This document shows positions 28,811 through 42,964 of a stretch of 64,000 bases of DNA, in pieces. Made by a program: the position numbers and the translations under genes. Numbering within the stretch: the stretch's first letter is position 1; the number at the start of each line of letters is the position of its first letter. The stretch is taken from assembly GCF_009914755.1 (NCBI RefSeq), contig NC_060926.1; one strand, given 5' to 3'. This stretch comes from the human T2T-CHM13v2.0 reference genome, Homo sapiens. Below the pieces are notes generated by a model. It was not told the origin of the DNA. It saw only the letters and a list, made by a program, of their open reading frames with translations, and did no database searches.

Positions 28811-29910
28811 GTCAAAGGGCTTTCTAGAAGTTGTACAGCAAGTGCTTGAGCTGAAACTAAAACTGAAGTCTACTGATGCCTGATTCTGAAAAATTTTATG
28901 TTTAAAAAAGTTTTTTGAGAAAACCACCATACAATTGTAGCTTCTCCACCATCAAGCAATTAAATAATTAACTTCACCTTGTGAAGCGTGATGTGCTAGA
29001 TGCTAAGACCACCACGCTTCAGAAAATATTATGCTGAATGTTTCAAAACAAGGTTGAAAAAAGATACATACACTTAAAAGTAAACTGTAAAAGACTAAAT
29101 ATATAATGGAATGCTCTTAGCCCAGATACATACTGTTTCCTGGTTGCCTACAGTGTTCTTGATGAACTTTCAAGGAAAGAAAGAGTTTAAAAGAAGTCAT
29201 TTTCTAAAGTCATTGAGGAAATTGAGGTGTCTACAGTCTTTATCCCTGCTGCAGTAGTAAAACAACATTTATTTAGGTAGCAGAAATACAAGGTAAATTG
29301 GTTTAAATTTCTAATGATACTGTAGGTATTTGGGAGTACAGCAAGACTGGAGGAAAACTAATTAGAAATATGGTTTGGGTTTTGTAAGAAACAGCTATAC
29401 ATAGGGCAGAGACTGTGTATATCCTCCGTCAACATGGCGGATACTAGCTGTGGATGAGTCCAAGGCTTGTAGCAGCATCTTCAGGTACTAGAAATATCAT
29501 TATACAGATGTTTCTTACCGGTAAAACCACTGTTGGTTCTCTTCACAATCAATTGGACCACAGCCACTTAGTTATTGATATATGTACCCATATTTTCAGA
29601 TAGAGTATAACTTCAAGTCAGTCTAAAACCCTATAAGATGAGCACATCTAACAGGTTAGGTGTGTGCTTATATATTTTTGTGCTCAGCAATGACCCATTT
29701 AGAGGGACCTCCTTTCTACTTTCCTTCTCTGCCTATCCTTAGATCCTATTTGAAAGTTTGGCTTAATGACTGATTTTGACCATGTGGGTCACAGATTGAA
29801 ACTATTGTTTGCTTAATCATGGGATCTGAAGATGAAAAGAAAGAATGTGGGGCTAATTTGAAGGGGTGTTTGTGTTTATTATGCTAAATGTAAAATCAAG
29901 ATGTAAGATC

Positions 29911-30192
29911 TTTTTTTTTTTTCTTGAGACAGAGTGTGGGTCTGTCACCCAGGCTGGAGTACAGTGGCACGATGTCGGATCATTGCAACCTCCCCCTCCC
30001 AGGTTCAAGTGATTCTCCTGCCTCCTGCCTCCCGAGTAGCTGGGACTACAGCCGCCTGACACCACGCCCAGCTAATTTTTGTATATTTAGTAAAGACAGG
30101 ATTTCACCGTGTTGGCCAGGCTGCTTTTGAACTCCTGACCTCAAGTGATCCCAGAGTGCTGGGATTACAGGCGTGAACTACTGTACCCAGCC
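29911..30192 (-). mobile_element. Alu with left-arm deletion
   Basis: T tail, antisense Alu; TSD aagat(g/a)taagatct. Confidence 0.93.
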
Positions 30193-30976
30193 TAAGATAT
30201 AAGATCTAAGGGGAAGGCATACAGTGGGATCACTGGAGCCTGGGTTTAAGATGTAGGTCTTCATGTTATTAGCACATGTTGCTTTAGTTTTTATGTTTTA
30301 GAAGGAGAATATTTATATATCTAGGAGAATGGGATGTGGTTTAGGGGTGAGGGTGAGGTACAGAAGTTGGATCAAGCTAGTGAATTAAGCAAATATGAAA
30401 TGACAATGAAGTCGTATTAATGGTTTGTGGTATGGAGGTACATTTTTAGCCTGACTAAAAAATTGTGGTGCAATTACCATAATTTTTAATTCTTTAAATA
30501 GAATTATGAATGATATGTTTTTGAAATAGTAAAACTAAGGTTTATAGGATCCCTTGGAGTACTTTATTTCCTGCAAAAGTATTAATTGACAGAGATGAAT
30601 ATTTGGCTTGTCTCTGGTGCATTTCTTCTTCATTAGGGCAAGATAAACTTTTTCAAGAGAGTTGTGCTCAGTAACAAAGTAAATAAATAATATCTAAGAT
30701 TACTTTGATATACTGTTTTTAATTATTTTTATTGAGGTCTAATTTATATACAATAATGTTCACCAGTTGTGTTTTCCAAAGTGGCTAGACCATTTTGCAT
30801 TCCTACCAGCGATGTAATAGCGTCCCTGTTGCTCCAAATCCAATCAACCCTTGGTATTGTCAGTCCGTTAAAATTCTAGCCATTTTTATGGGCATATGGC
30901 AGTATCTTACTGTGGTTTTAATTTGCATTTCCCTAATGACTAATGATGTTGAGCATCTTTTTATGTGCCTGTTTGA

Positions 30977-31339
<363 letters not shown>

Positions 31340-31702
31340 TCTTTTGCCTATTTTTAAAAAGTGGGTTATTTGTCTTAGTGAGCTGCAGAAGTTTTAAACA
31401 ATATTCTGGATACAAGTCTTTATCAAACAGATACTTTGCAAATATTTCATTAGTTTTTGTCTCACTTTTTAGTATTTATAATAGTATTTTCTGAAGAACA
31501 AAAGTTTTTCTGATTAAATTGAATTTATTTTTTAAGTGGCTCTTGCATTTTGTTTCCTAAGAAATTTTTTGTCTACCTTCAGGTCACAGAGATTATCTCT
31601 TATGTTTTCTTCTGGAAATTTTACAGTTTTGGTTCTTATGTTTTAGTCTATAATCTATTTTGATATGTGGGATGAGTTAAGGGTGGAGTTGTACTTTTTC
31701 CT

Positions 31703-31745
31703 CATCTGTCTATCTATCATCTGTCTGTCTATCCATCCATCCATG
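31703..31745. repeat. (TCTR/TCCA)n degenerate tetranucleotide repeat
   Basis: atctgtctatctatcatctgtctgtctatccatccatccat. Confidence 0.7.
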
Positions 31746-34700
31746 TATGCTTCTGTATTTATCTAACTGTACCTCCAACTGTTTCAGCACAATTTATTTA
31801 ATAGACTGCTCTTTTTTTCATGAACTACCTTGGTATCTTTGAAAACCAATTGGCCATAAACGTGTGGGTCTATTTTTGTGTTCTCTATTCTGTTCTACTC
31901 ATCTATATTTTTATCCTTACGCCAATATGTCTCTGGTTTGATTACTGTCTTGAAATCAGGTAGTGTCAATTCTCCAACTTTTTTTTTTTTTTTTTTTGCT
32001 AAATTATTTTGGCTATTCTAGTTCCTTTGCATTTTAATATAAATTTTAGAATCAGCTTGTCAGTTTCTAAGAAAAAAAAACCTTCCAGGAGTTTGGCAGA
32101 AGATGCACTGGCTCTGTAGATCAATTTCAGTAGAATTGACATTTATACAATATTGACTCTTCTGATCTATGAACATGGTACTCTATTGATTTAGGTGTTT
32201 TTAATATCTTGCAGGAATTTTTTGACATTTCTAGTAGTATACAGGTCTTACACATATTTTAAATTTATCTCTAAATGTCATGATTTTGGGTGCTATTTTA
32301 AGGGATATATTTTTAAAATGTTTCCAATTTTTTGTTCCTAGAGGAATATTGTTTTTGAACAACCTCCCACCACTTCATTTATGCCTTTGTAGAGAGAGAT
32401 GGTTTATGTTATATCATCGTACTTACCAAAACCCAGTTTTATAATTAAACACTATTTTATGGCTTCTGTAATAGAAACAACTGCCTTGGATAAAAGTTGA
32501 AGTTGAGTGTTTTGAGCTTGGTTCTTATGTTTAAATCTGTGCCTAAATTAAATAAAAGCAAGTGGTAAGGGTAGGATGATTAAGATCTGATGAATTTCTC
32601 TTATTTTCAATTATTATGTTCACAAGCATGCTTTCTTTGCATGTATCAGACCCTTCGCACCACTTATTGATTTTAGTGGAAAGCAGCTTCTTTAGCTCCT
32701 CCCATGCTACTTGCTTTAAAGTTTCACTGACAATAAAACCGCCTCAGTGAATATTCCAGTTCAGTTTGATTCAGCTAGCACCTATTGAAGTTATGATAAT
32801 TATACCCACAATTTGTACACTGTTTGAATTGAGGCCAATGGAGTTTCAGATAAGCCAATTAATTTAACTGTAGTCAGAAAAGCAATTCTTAAAATCGGAG
32901 CTTGTAATTTAAAAAAATTCTTGAGTAATTGAAAATATTAGTGCTCTTGAATTGCCTAATGGTTTCTACAAGAACTCTTAAGGCTTATTTTGTCTTTTTT
33001 TTTTTTTTTTTTCCTGATCAGATTTTGAACTCTGTTCTCTCCCAACCCCTAATGTTTTATTTGTATGATACATGACCATCTCTGGGGACTCTGAAAGATC
33101 ATCTGTACTTTCTTTTTGTTTGAAAGGCATTCCTAAGTAAGAGGAGTAGGATTAAAGAAACCTACTCAATATTACATATTAGAAAATGAGTTATAGGATG
33201 TTTTGGTCAGGAAAGACTCATTGAACTAGAATAAATTCTCGCTAGTCTAAATAAAAGAAAGCATTTGGAAAAGTCTCATCAGAGGTTATTTTCAGTCTGA
33301 GAGCTGTAATGGAACACTTGGAAAGTTGTCCTTTCCTCTTCAACTAGCAAAATGATTTCATATTCAGAGCTGAAGAATGTTTTGAGGCTCTCCAAGAAAC
33401 TATGGCTGTGGAATGAATCTGTCGTGCTGATTTTCAAGTCCAGTCTAGCGCAGAAATGGCCAACTTTAAAAGTTGGGAACGGAGGAAAGAGGTACACAGT
33501 ATTAATCATGCACGTTTTCACTATTCAAGACTCCTTGTTGTCTGTCCTGTATTCCTAACCTATTATTTGACATCCACTGTCGTTTGTTCTGACTTACCAT
33601 TTAGATCCTTTGTGCAATTTTCATAAACTGGATTACTAGAACTCAGCTAAACCTCTTGAAGTTACTACCACATATCCCTCCTTTCTCTGCTTTTGTTCCC
33701 ATGTTCCTGATCTGGAAAACTCCTCTGTCTCCTGCCTCTTATACTGTCCCAGGATATCTGTGCACTGCCTGCCTTCCAAAATTCAATTCAAAAGCCACTT
33801 TCTCCAGGGAGGTTCCTTTGATCATCTCAGTTGGGAAGAGCCTCACCTTTCTTTGAACTTTGAGAGGATCACATATGGCTCTTATCATATTCTACTTTGT
33901 ATTACAACTATGTCTGTTGCATCTCAGAGATGAGATTTAATACTTTGCAATTGAATTTATTTCTTTTTGTGCTTTTTACAGTGTCTTCTGTAATGTGTTC
34001 TGGATAGGTGAAAGAGTAAAAAGCCTTTTTTAAAGTTTTCGTGTTAGTGCCTGGAAACAGGGGATCCAAACATGTTAGTAAGATTTAAAATGTTCAGAGG
34101 CAGGGGCTTGTTTAGCAAGATGTTTTCATCCAATAATGACCACTGGGATCCCTCTAAATAGTAGCCCAGCTGGCACTAGCTTCCTCTGGTAGTCATTATA
34201 CAAATTAGAATCTCATCTGAACTTGCCTTCTTGGCCATCTATTATAGTCAGTAGGCAGAGACTTAATACTTTTTCATTTTCTGTCAATTGTCCTCTCCTA
34301 TCTCACCATCCCCAACATGCTCATACGCATACTTTCTGTAGATGGGGAAGTCCGCCAGCTACTCTGAAATTTCAGAATTTTTATTTTGGGGGAAACAATG
34401 AGCATGCATTCTTTTGGGGACTTTGGTTCTCTCAGTTCTTTGGGAATCCAGGTCTATTTGTGTAAATCATTTTTTATTTGTATAAATGGTTAGCCCTGGG
34501 AGGGCAAGGTGTTAGGGCTTACCTCAGGCCCTCCTGTTTAGGGATGCTGATTGGTCTTGGCAACCCTCTCCCCTCTTCTAGCCCACCCTGCACCACGCAG
34601 GTGCACTGTTCTTGGCCTCTTCCGTGTTGGATAAATCATTTCTGTCCATATACAATATTATTGCAACATTTTATTTTCATCTTTTCCTCTCCCTGTTACT

Positions 34701-36224
34701 TGTGTCAGCATTATCTATTTTAGAGGGTAAAACCCTTGAGGATATGAATTATGTCTGTCAGCTTAACTCTGAAGAGTACTTAGCACTAAGCTAAATCTTA
34801 CAAATTAGTACTTACTAATAGCAATAGTGCTGGTTGTAATATTGGCTCATTTAGAGACTGCAGTTTGCCTACTCAGCCTTTGGAAAGGATGCCCAACTAC
34901 TTCCAGCTTCCAGGAAGAAAACATTCAAGTGTAGTGACATTATGTGAACAAAAACAACGCCCTTTAAATTGTTACTATCTAAAATGAATTATTTTAGGAT
35001 CAAGATAATAAAACATTAATACTCACATAATGATGGTGACATCTAATTCATCCCTGAGGATGTTCAAGCAGTTTATGTAGCTCTGCTAATACACCACTGA
35101 AATAGAGCCAGTGACTGTGTGGCTATACCAAACGGGAGAGAAACTCAACAGTGTGTGCCCTGAGAGCCATTCATCCCCTGAGATTTCTATTTTCAGATGT
35201 CATGTTATAATTTCTTTCCTTAAGCCTCAGAATATGAAGGTATAAGATAAACTGGAATGGAATTCTTGTTTGATTGTGTATCCAAATGTGATTTATGGAG
35301 CGGAAATGCTTATAACATGCTTGTTCTGAGTCTAGCTCACACCAAATTAACCCCAATTAATTTCTCATGTAATTGGATAGAGAGGATGTAAAAGATCAGA
35401 AATGCTAAGCTAGATGAGTGGAATGTCCAAATTTCAAACCTTTACACAGAAAGGCTTTCAATGACAAACTCTATTAGATTTAAGTGGAGAAAGAGGAGGA
35501 GGACATGTAGGGAGAGGACGAACCAAAGAAACAGTTCAGCTTGTTAGAAAGAACTTAAGTCTGCCTGCCTGTGTCTAGTAGAAAAGGCTATGTTGTAGCA
35601 TAGCTGATGAATTCTGTTTGCTGTGACTTACCTAATTAATTTACTACACCCCTGTCACAGCCCGTCACTTAGTTCTTTTCAGAATGGTCTAGTTTCCCAC
35701 CTTGGGTTGCAGTAGACTTGGTCATTAAGTGGAGTCCAATAAGTGTTTTGTTTTTTCCTTGTCTGCAAGGCAGGTATGTGTATAGGCAGCCTAACGTTCC
35801 AGGCAACCAGTAGGGAAAGAGGAAGCTAACATACGCCTTAGGGGATTGGGTTAATGAGGAAACGTATGGTTATGAAAGGCATTAGACGGCTTTAGATCTA
35901 CGAGAGACACAGCTGCGGCTCATCAGCAAATGTTCTTTGGCTCTGACGTGAGCTTGACTAACTTATGTCTACTGAACCTGCTGGGGTACATCCTGTAGAG
36001 TGTGCTTATAGTCTCTTTGTTTACTTTTACATTTAAAAGTTACCCTTAATTTATGAAAGAAGTGACTTGTATGTGACATTTTTAAAAAGTTTAATTCTTT
36101 GAACATTGTTGAAGATCAACTGTGTGCCAAGTATTCTTTTACATACTGGGACTCAATGAAGAATAGAACATGTTTCCACCCTTTAAAAAATGTTTATACT
36201 ATTAAATTCAAGATGAGCATGCTT

Positions 36225-36470
36225 ATTATAGTGTAGTAAAATGAACAAGCATCAGAAAAAGTCAGAAAACTGTGTTTGAACAACAGAAACATTGGGAAAA
36301 TACATCAGAGACCTTACACATACACACACACACACACACAGTATATGATTTCAGGTAAGTCATTTAATCTTTAAGCCTCAGTTCCCTCATCTGCAAAATG
36401 GAGATAATATCTACTTGCCAGATATAGAAGCTTGAGTGAGCTAAGGGGTCTAAAGAATGTGATAAACTGT
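36225..36470 (+). mobile_element. MIR containing a (CA)n tract and a 31-bp insertion
   Basis: gtaagtcatttaatctttaagcctcagttccctcatctgcaaaatggagataata MIR core; CA repeat at ~36316-36340. Confidence 0.7.
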
Positions 36471-36645
36471 GAAGTATCACTGAAAGATAAGTTAAAAATC
36501 AGAGAAACAAAAAGTACTGCCCCACATGAAAAGTTAATTGTATTTGAAATATCTCACTAAAAGATATTTGAAGAATCATCTACATGATGGATTGCACGTA
36601 GCTGCTAAAGGCAAGGAGTTACGAATTACATTACTTCTAAATTAA

Positions 36646-37010
<365 letters not shown>

Positions 37011-38312
37011 GTATTTTTATGAGTTCTTAAATAAAACTCATATAAAACTTTCATGGGAACCATGAAAGAAGGAGAGAGGGAGAGGGAGAAGAGAAAAGAA
37101 AACTCGGCCTACATCCAGGGACCCAAATAAAAGTGTTATGGAGGAAGAATACAAAGCCCCAACTGTTTTTGTAAAACTTGGGGTTGCCTGTCTAATATCT
37201 AAAGGAACCACTGTTTGAGTTATAAATTCAGCACCTGATTTGCCAAACCTTTTCTCTCTGTTTCAATGTGGCCAATTTGAACAACAGAAACATTGGGAAA
37301 ATACATAAGAAAATTTCAGCACCTTGCCAAACACATTTATTTTGAAGGACTTCAGATGGATTATGGGCATCCTATTTATTTGAATTAATATATTTTTCCC
37401 TCTAAATATTAGAATTTTAGATATTGTATTAAAAGTCGAAACTGCTTTGGTTGGCAGTCTTCCATTACCCACACTTTTAAAACTGCTTCATATCCCATGT
37501 TATTTTCAGGACCTCGTTGCCTGCTTGCTTGACATCAATGATATAAGTACCTTTATTAAGTTACCAACTTGAGTTGCACTGTGTAGAAATGTTATTCTTT
37601 AGTCATGATGAGCTATCAAAATGAATTGAAAAGGCACCTCCAAAGTCTTGGTGATCTTGCTCCTTTTGATAGTTACCACCCCTCCATTGAGATTCCCAGC
37701 TTTTCTGTTCATTTTGATCCTCTTGCAAAAAGCACTCAAAATTGGCAGCTTCCATGACTCCATCTTCTAGAGGGTGGGTGGAATCAAGAGTGAACTTCAG
37801 AACCTTCTTTTTCTGTCTTCCTTCTCCCCATTTGCCACAAGCTTTTTCACGGGTTCCATGGCAGCAGTGGAGGTAGAAAGAGGAGATGGGCAGACTATGC
37901 CAAGGCAAATGGCCCCACCTGAGTTTTCTTAGAAGTGGATGCAATGTGGACCAACTGTGTTTTAAAGCATGAGGCTTCCTTATTTTCTCTTTCTTAATAC
38001 ATCAGTAAGCTGCTCAAACAAATGAAGAATATGTGGAATACAACGACAAATGCTAAATAAGCATATTTGAAAAAGTGTGAGTTTATTACATGTAGACCTT
38101 GTTCATAATTTCAAGTCCTAAGGAAATATAGTCCAGTCAACAGGACCAGCAAATGTATGTATTTGAGTAAGCCTTCTGAGTCGCCACAGTCCCAAATAGG
38201 AAATGAAAAAAAGCTGCCTTTACTGACTGTCAAAGATAGGGCTCACTAAATGAGTGAATGCTACTGCGTTACATGTGCTACTCCACCAAATTTTATTATT
38301 GTAAAAATAAAA

Positions 38313-38525
38313 TTGAGCCCAGGAGTTCAATACCAGCCTGGGCAACATGGTGAGACCTTGTCTTTAGAAAATTAGCTGGGCGTGGTTGCCTGCACCTATA
38401 GATCCAACTTCTTAGGAGGTGGAATTAGGAGGATTGCTTGAACCTGGGAAGTCGAGGCTGCAGTGAGCTGTGATTGTGCCACTGCATTCCAGCCTGGGTG
38501 ACAGAGTGAGACTCTCTCAAAAAAA
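38313..38525 (+). mobile_element. 5'-truncated AluJ-type element
   Basis: tgagcccaggagttcaataccagcctgggcaac...gtcgaggctgcagtgagc. Confidence 0.85.
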
Positions 38526-39049
38526 TTTTTTTTGAATAATTGGAATTATATTATTTAAAAGGATAATATTTATTTATATTCTGATATGTGTTTGGCATCA
38601 GCTGTTGTCATACATGAGGTTGGAAATAATGACTGGCTTCTAGATAGCTCATCAGTTCATTTTTCTGAGCTTCTTGTGATTATTTTAGCCCTCAGCTGGA
38701 CTACTGCTAAATCCCCATGGCAATAGGATCCCCTCTGATTCCTTGGTGAGGTGATGGTGATTTAAAAAAAGTAGTTTATACACAGACACAGTGATGGCAC
38801 TAGAGATGTTGAATAGTTGTGATTACTTAGAAATTGCTCTCGAGATAGAACATTTGAAGGAATAATTAGAAAAAGTGTGCTGTTCTTTTTTTAAAAGCAG
38901 CTTGATTGAGATAGAGTTCATATACTACAAAATTCACCCTGATTATTTTTAAATAAAGGGAAAATATTAATAGGTGTCCTACTACAAACCATTCCCCCTA
39001 TTTTCAAGGATAAACAATAACAAATATAGATTTTAAATAATAAGATTAT

Positions 39050-39286
39050 CTCATAGGTGGGAATTGAACAATGAGATCACATGGACACAGGAAGGGGAAT
39101 ATCACACTCTGGGGACTGTGGTGGGGTGGGGGGAGGGGGGAGGGATAGCATTGGGAGATATACCTAATGCTAGATGACGAGTTAGTGGGTGCAGCGCACC
39201 AGCATGGCACACGTATACATATGTAACTAACCTGCACAATGTGCACATGTACCCTAAAACTTAAAGTATAATTAAAAATTAATAAT
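39050..39286 (+). mobile_element. Young 5'-truncated L1 (L1PA2-type) 3' UTR
   Basis: Near-consensus L1 3' end (gatgacGAGttagtggg, cttaAagtat); perfect 16-bp TSD aataataagattatct at 39036-39051 and 39287-39302. Confidence 0.92.
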
Positions 39287-39513
39287 AATAATAAGATTAT
39301 CTTTTCAGTATTATTACAGTGGCCTTTAGCATTTTAAAATCTACAAGCAAGCAAGGCTTCAGTGGACCATGCAGAATGTTGTGGTTCCCTGTGTTGGAGA
39401 AATACAAGTTTCTATGGGATAAACAAATGCATGCACATGCTGGCCAATTGTCAGAGTGAAATACCAAAAAATTCCGTTGTGGAGTAAGTGATAATCAGAT
39501 TATAAAGAATTAA

Positions 39514-39837
<324 letters not shown>

Positions 39838-40689
39838 TAGAGCTGATTTAAACTTTTTTTTGTGAGAAATATAGCATCTATATAGAAAAGGTAGTTAAGC
39901 CCGAGAACCAGCATAGTAAGTAGTATAAAGCCAGCACCTTTGTAACTGCTACTCAGATCAAGAAATAGAACTGCTGGCCTCTTAGGAATGTGCCATATTT
40001 CCCCCTTTGATTATGACTTTCCCCACTTCAGTCCTCCAACCATGACTTTCAGGCTGATCATCTCCAAGTACGCATATATACACACAATATAAAACCATAT
40101 ATCTATATGTATAGTGTTACCCCTTGAGTGTGTATCTGTAACCATTAAAGTTTAATGTCACCTATTTTATAAGTGTGAAGAAATGAAATCAGGTGTTCTT
40201 CTTGGCTCAGCATCAGGTTTGTGAGATCCATTCATAGGAGCATGCAGTACATGGCTTGTTTTCATTGTAATCTAGTATACCATTGTATGAACGTAAATAT
40301 AAGTACTGGTTCATTTTATGGTTTGTGGACATGTGGCTTCTACCCAGGTTTTTACTGTTGCCTGTTCTGCTTTGGACATTAGGGTCTATAAAACCTGATA
40401 CACGTGGCATGAATTTTTCAAAGTATGGTTCCTCTTTTGGCAGCATTAGCATAAAACGTGTTAGAAATGTTGATTCTTGGGCCCCACCTCTGACCTACAT
40501 TCAGATATCACCTTGGACTGTATATTGTGTATGTTTATGCTTATTCCAGTGACTGCCTTTGCTCAGGATACTTTTGGATCTTCCAGGTTGGAATCCATTC
40601 ATGTCGGCACACACATGTGTACCCATGCAAACATAACACTCCCACATTCCAGCAATTGACTCGTTGCTCATATTTGAAAAAAATTAGCT

Positions 40690-40850
40690 TTATCAGTTTG
40701 AGTCAAATCTTTTGTTATTTTCAAAGATAAAATAAATATCCAAAAGAGAAAGATTTGCCAACATTGAAGATATTCAAAAGAATATGCAAAAGATTGAAGA
40801 CCTGCTGAAGGAGGACCTGAAACAGGTTGGGCAAAACACCATTCCTAGAA
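40690..40850 (+). mobile_element. MARNA-like mariner fragment
   Basis: aagatttgccaacattgaagatattcaaaagaatatgc resembles the MARNA transposase remnant. Confidence 0.5.
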
Positions 40851-41169
40851 TGGAAGCTGCAGGGCCCTACAGAGAAAGCAGTACTGACTCTGGAGTTGAG
40901 CAGATGTGGGTTCAAACCCACATGTACATGTGACCAGCAGTGTCATCAAAGAGAGTTCTGCATTTCTCTGAGCTTCAGTTTTCCTCCTATGCAAAGAGGG
41001 GATCACATCTACTACCAAGATGCAAAACAGTTAGTACAAAATGACTGCTCGCAGGGCCACATTTATACTGTGGATGCATTTTGGTCATATTTTGGTAACA
41101 TAATCTGATGTGGCTGACTGTGTCATGGCTTCATACCTTTCATGCTTTGGACTTTTGTGCTTTCTGCAG

Positions 41170-41250
41170 GAACGATTCCAGGTGAAGAATCCTCCCCATA
41201 CATACATTCAAAAGCTCAAAGGCTATCTGGATCCAGCTGTAACCAGGAAG
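41170..41250 (+). CDS. FMNL2: FMNL2 coding exon 3 (81 nt, phase 0-0): [27 protein letters not shown]
   Basis: tttctgcag| acceptor, AAG|gtaaga donor, in frame with exon 2. Confidence 0.97.
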
Positions 41251-42537
41251 GTAAGATGGATTTGTTTCCACTCTTTGTTATTGCTTCCTTATTAGCGAGC
41301 AGAATCCTCCTGCATTGGAAGAGACCTTCCTTCCTCTGCATTAGAGCCTCTGCCAGAGCCTCCACAAAAAACAACCTTGGGAGACCAACAACGTAAGAAG
41401 ACAAAGGAAAAAACACAACCTTCTCACTTGAAGATGTGTATAAAAGTTCTTTCCTGACATGAGAGTCACGTACCTCTGATGGTTGTTGAGTCACTGCTAT
41501 TTCCAATTACATAGGGCAGTGAGTGCATTCCAGAGGTATTCAGGCCCCTAGAAGAGCAGGCTTTGCAAAGGGAATACTTGCCTTTCAGTTTTTTATGCCT
41601 TGGTGCATTTCCAGAGACCTTGAAAAATCACTGGGCCTTTGTCATCCCAGCTGTGCACTCACATCCTGTGTTGATGCTTTTAGCAGCTCCCCCCTACTCC
41701 CCCCAACCCCTGCCCCTGGCCTGAGAAGGTAAGTAGAGAATAGCTGATTCCATTCTCAACAGACTCTCCCCTTTTACAAACAAGCCCTGCTTTGTGCAGC
41801 CACACAATTGGTTTAAACTGATGCCTCGTGGTAAAGCATGTAGCCTGGCACGGCCCTGTGGGCCTGAATCAGTCCTGGGATGTCTCAGGGCAGAGCTGTC
41901 CTTGCTCAAGATGGGTGAAGGGGTGCTTTACCAGATAGCATTTGTTTTTCCATTGACCTACAACTCCTGCTTTTAAGGCTCCTGCGAAAATCTCTCAGGC
42001 TGATTCTCTCTGTTGTTTCAGTGTGTGATTCTTGAGAAAAGAATGGTATACTTTACCTAGTTAGCCATTTTCAGGGCTCTTGATGCTTGCATTAAAAAAA
42101 AAATCTTTTTCTTTATCTTCTACTCTAACTCTTCCTCCCCTCACCGCCCACCCCCCGACCAAAAAAAAAAAAAAAAAAAAGTCCAGCAAAGGCGAACAGC
42201 TATTATTTCCTTTTGGAAGTTTCCTAGGCCTTTCTCTTACGGTTAATATGTAGACAAGGGGAAATAAAATCTAGTAGTGATGATGACAGTGTAGTGCAGA
42301 ACTTCATCACTGGCTGTATGTCATATGTGACTTGAATGTGACACAACCTTCAATCCAGGAACGTACCTGTCAAAGTATCATGATACTTCTCCCCTCGTAA
42401 ATGTGGCACACACTTTTCTTTCTAAAAGACCTGTTGTCAGGTCTTACACCTGCAAATGAGACTATTGTTCAGTTCTTGTTAACTTCTCTCATTTCTCCCT
42501 TTCCCTAAGAATGTGGCAGTCTTAATTTCATCATTTA

Positions 42538-42964
<427 letters not shown>

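Noticed and set aside
42276-42311. Short inverted repeat agtgatga...tcatcact
   Set aside because: The stem is too short for a pre-miRNA or structured RNA call.
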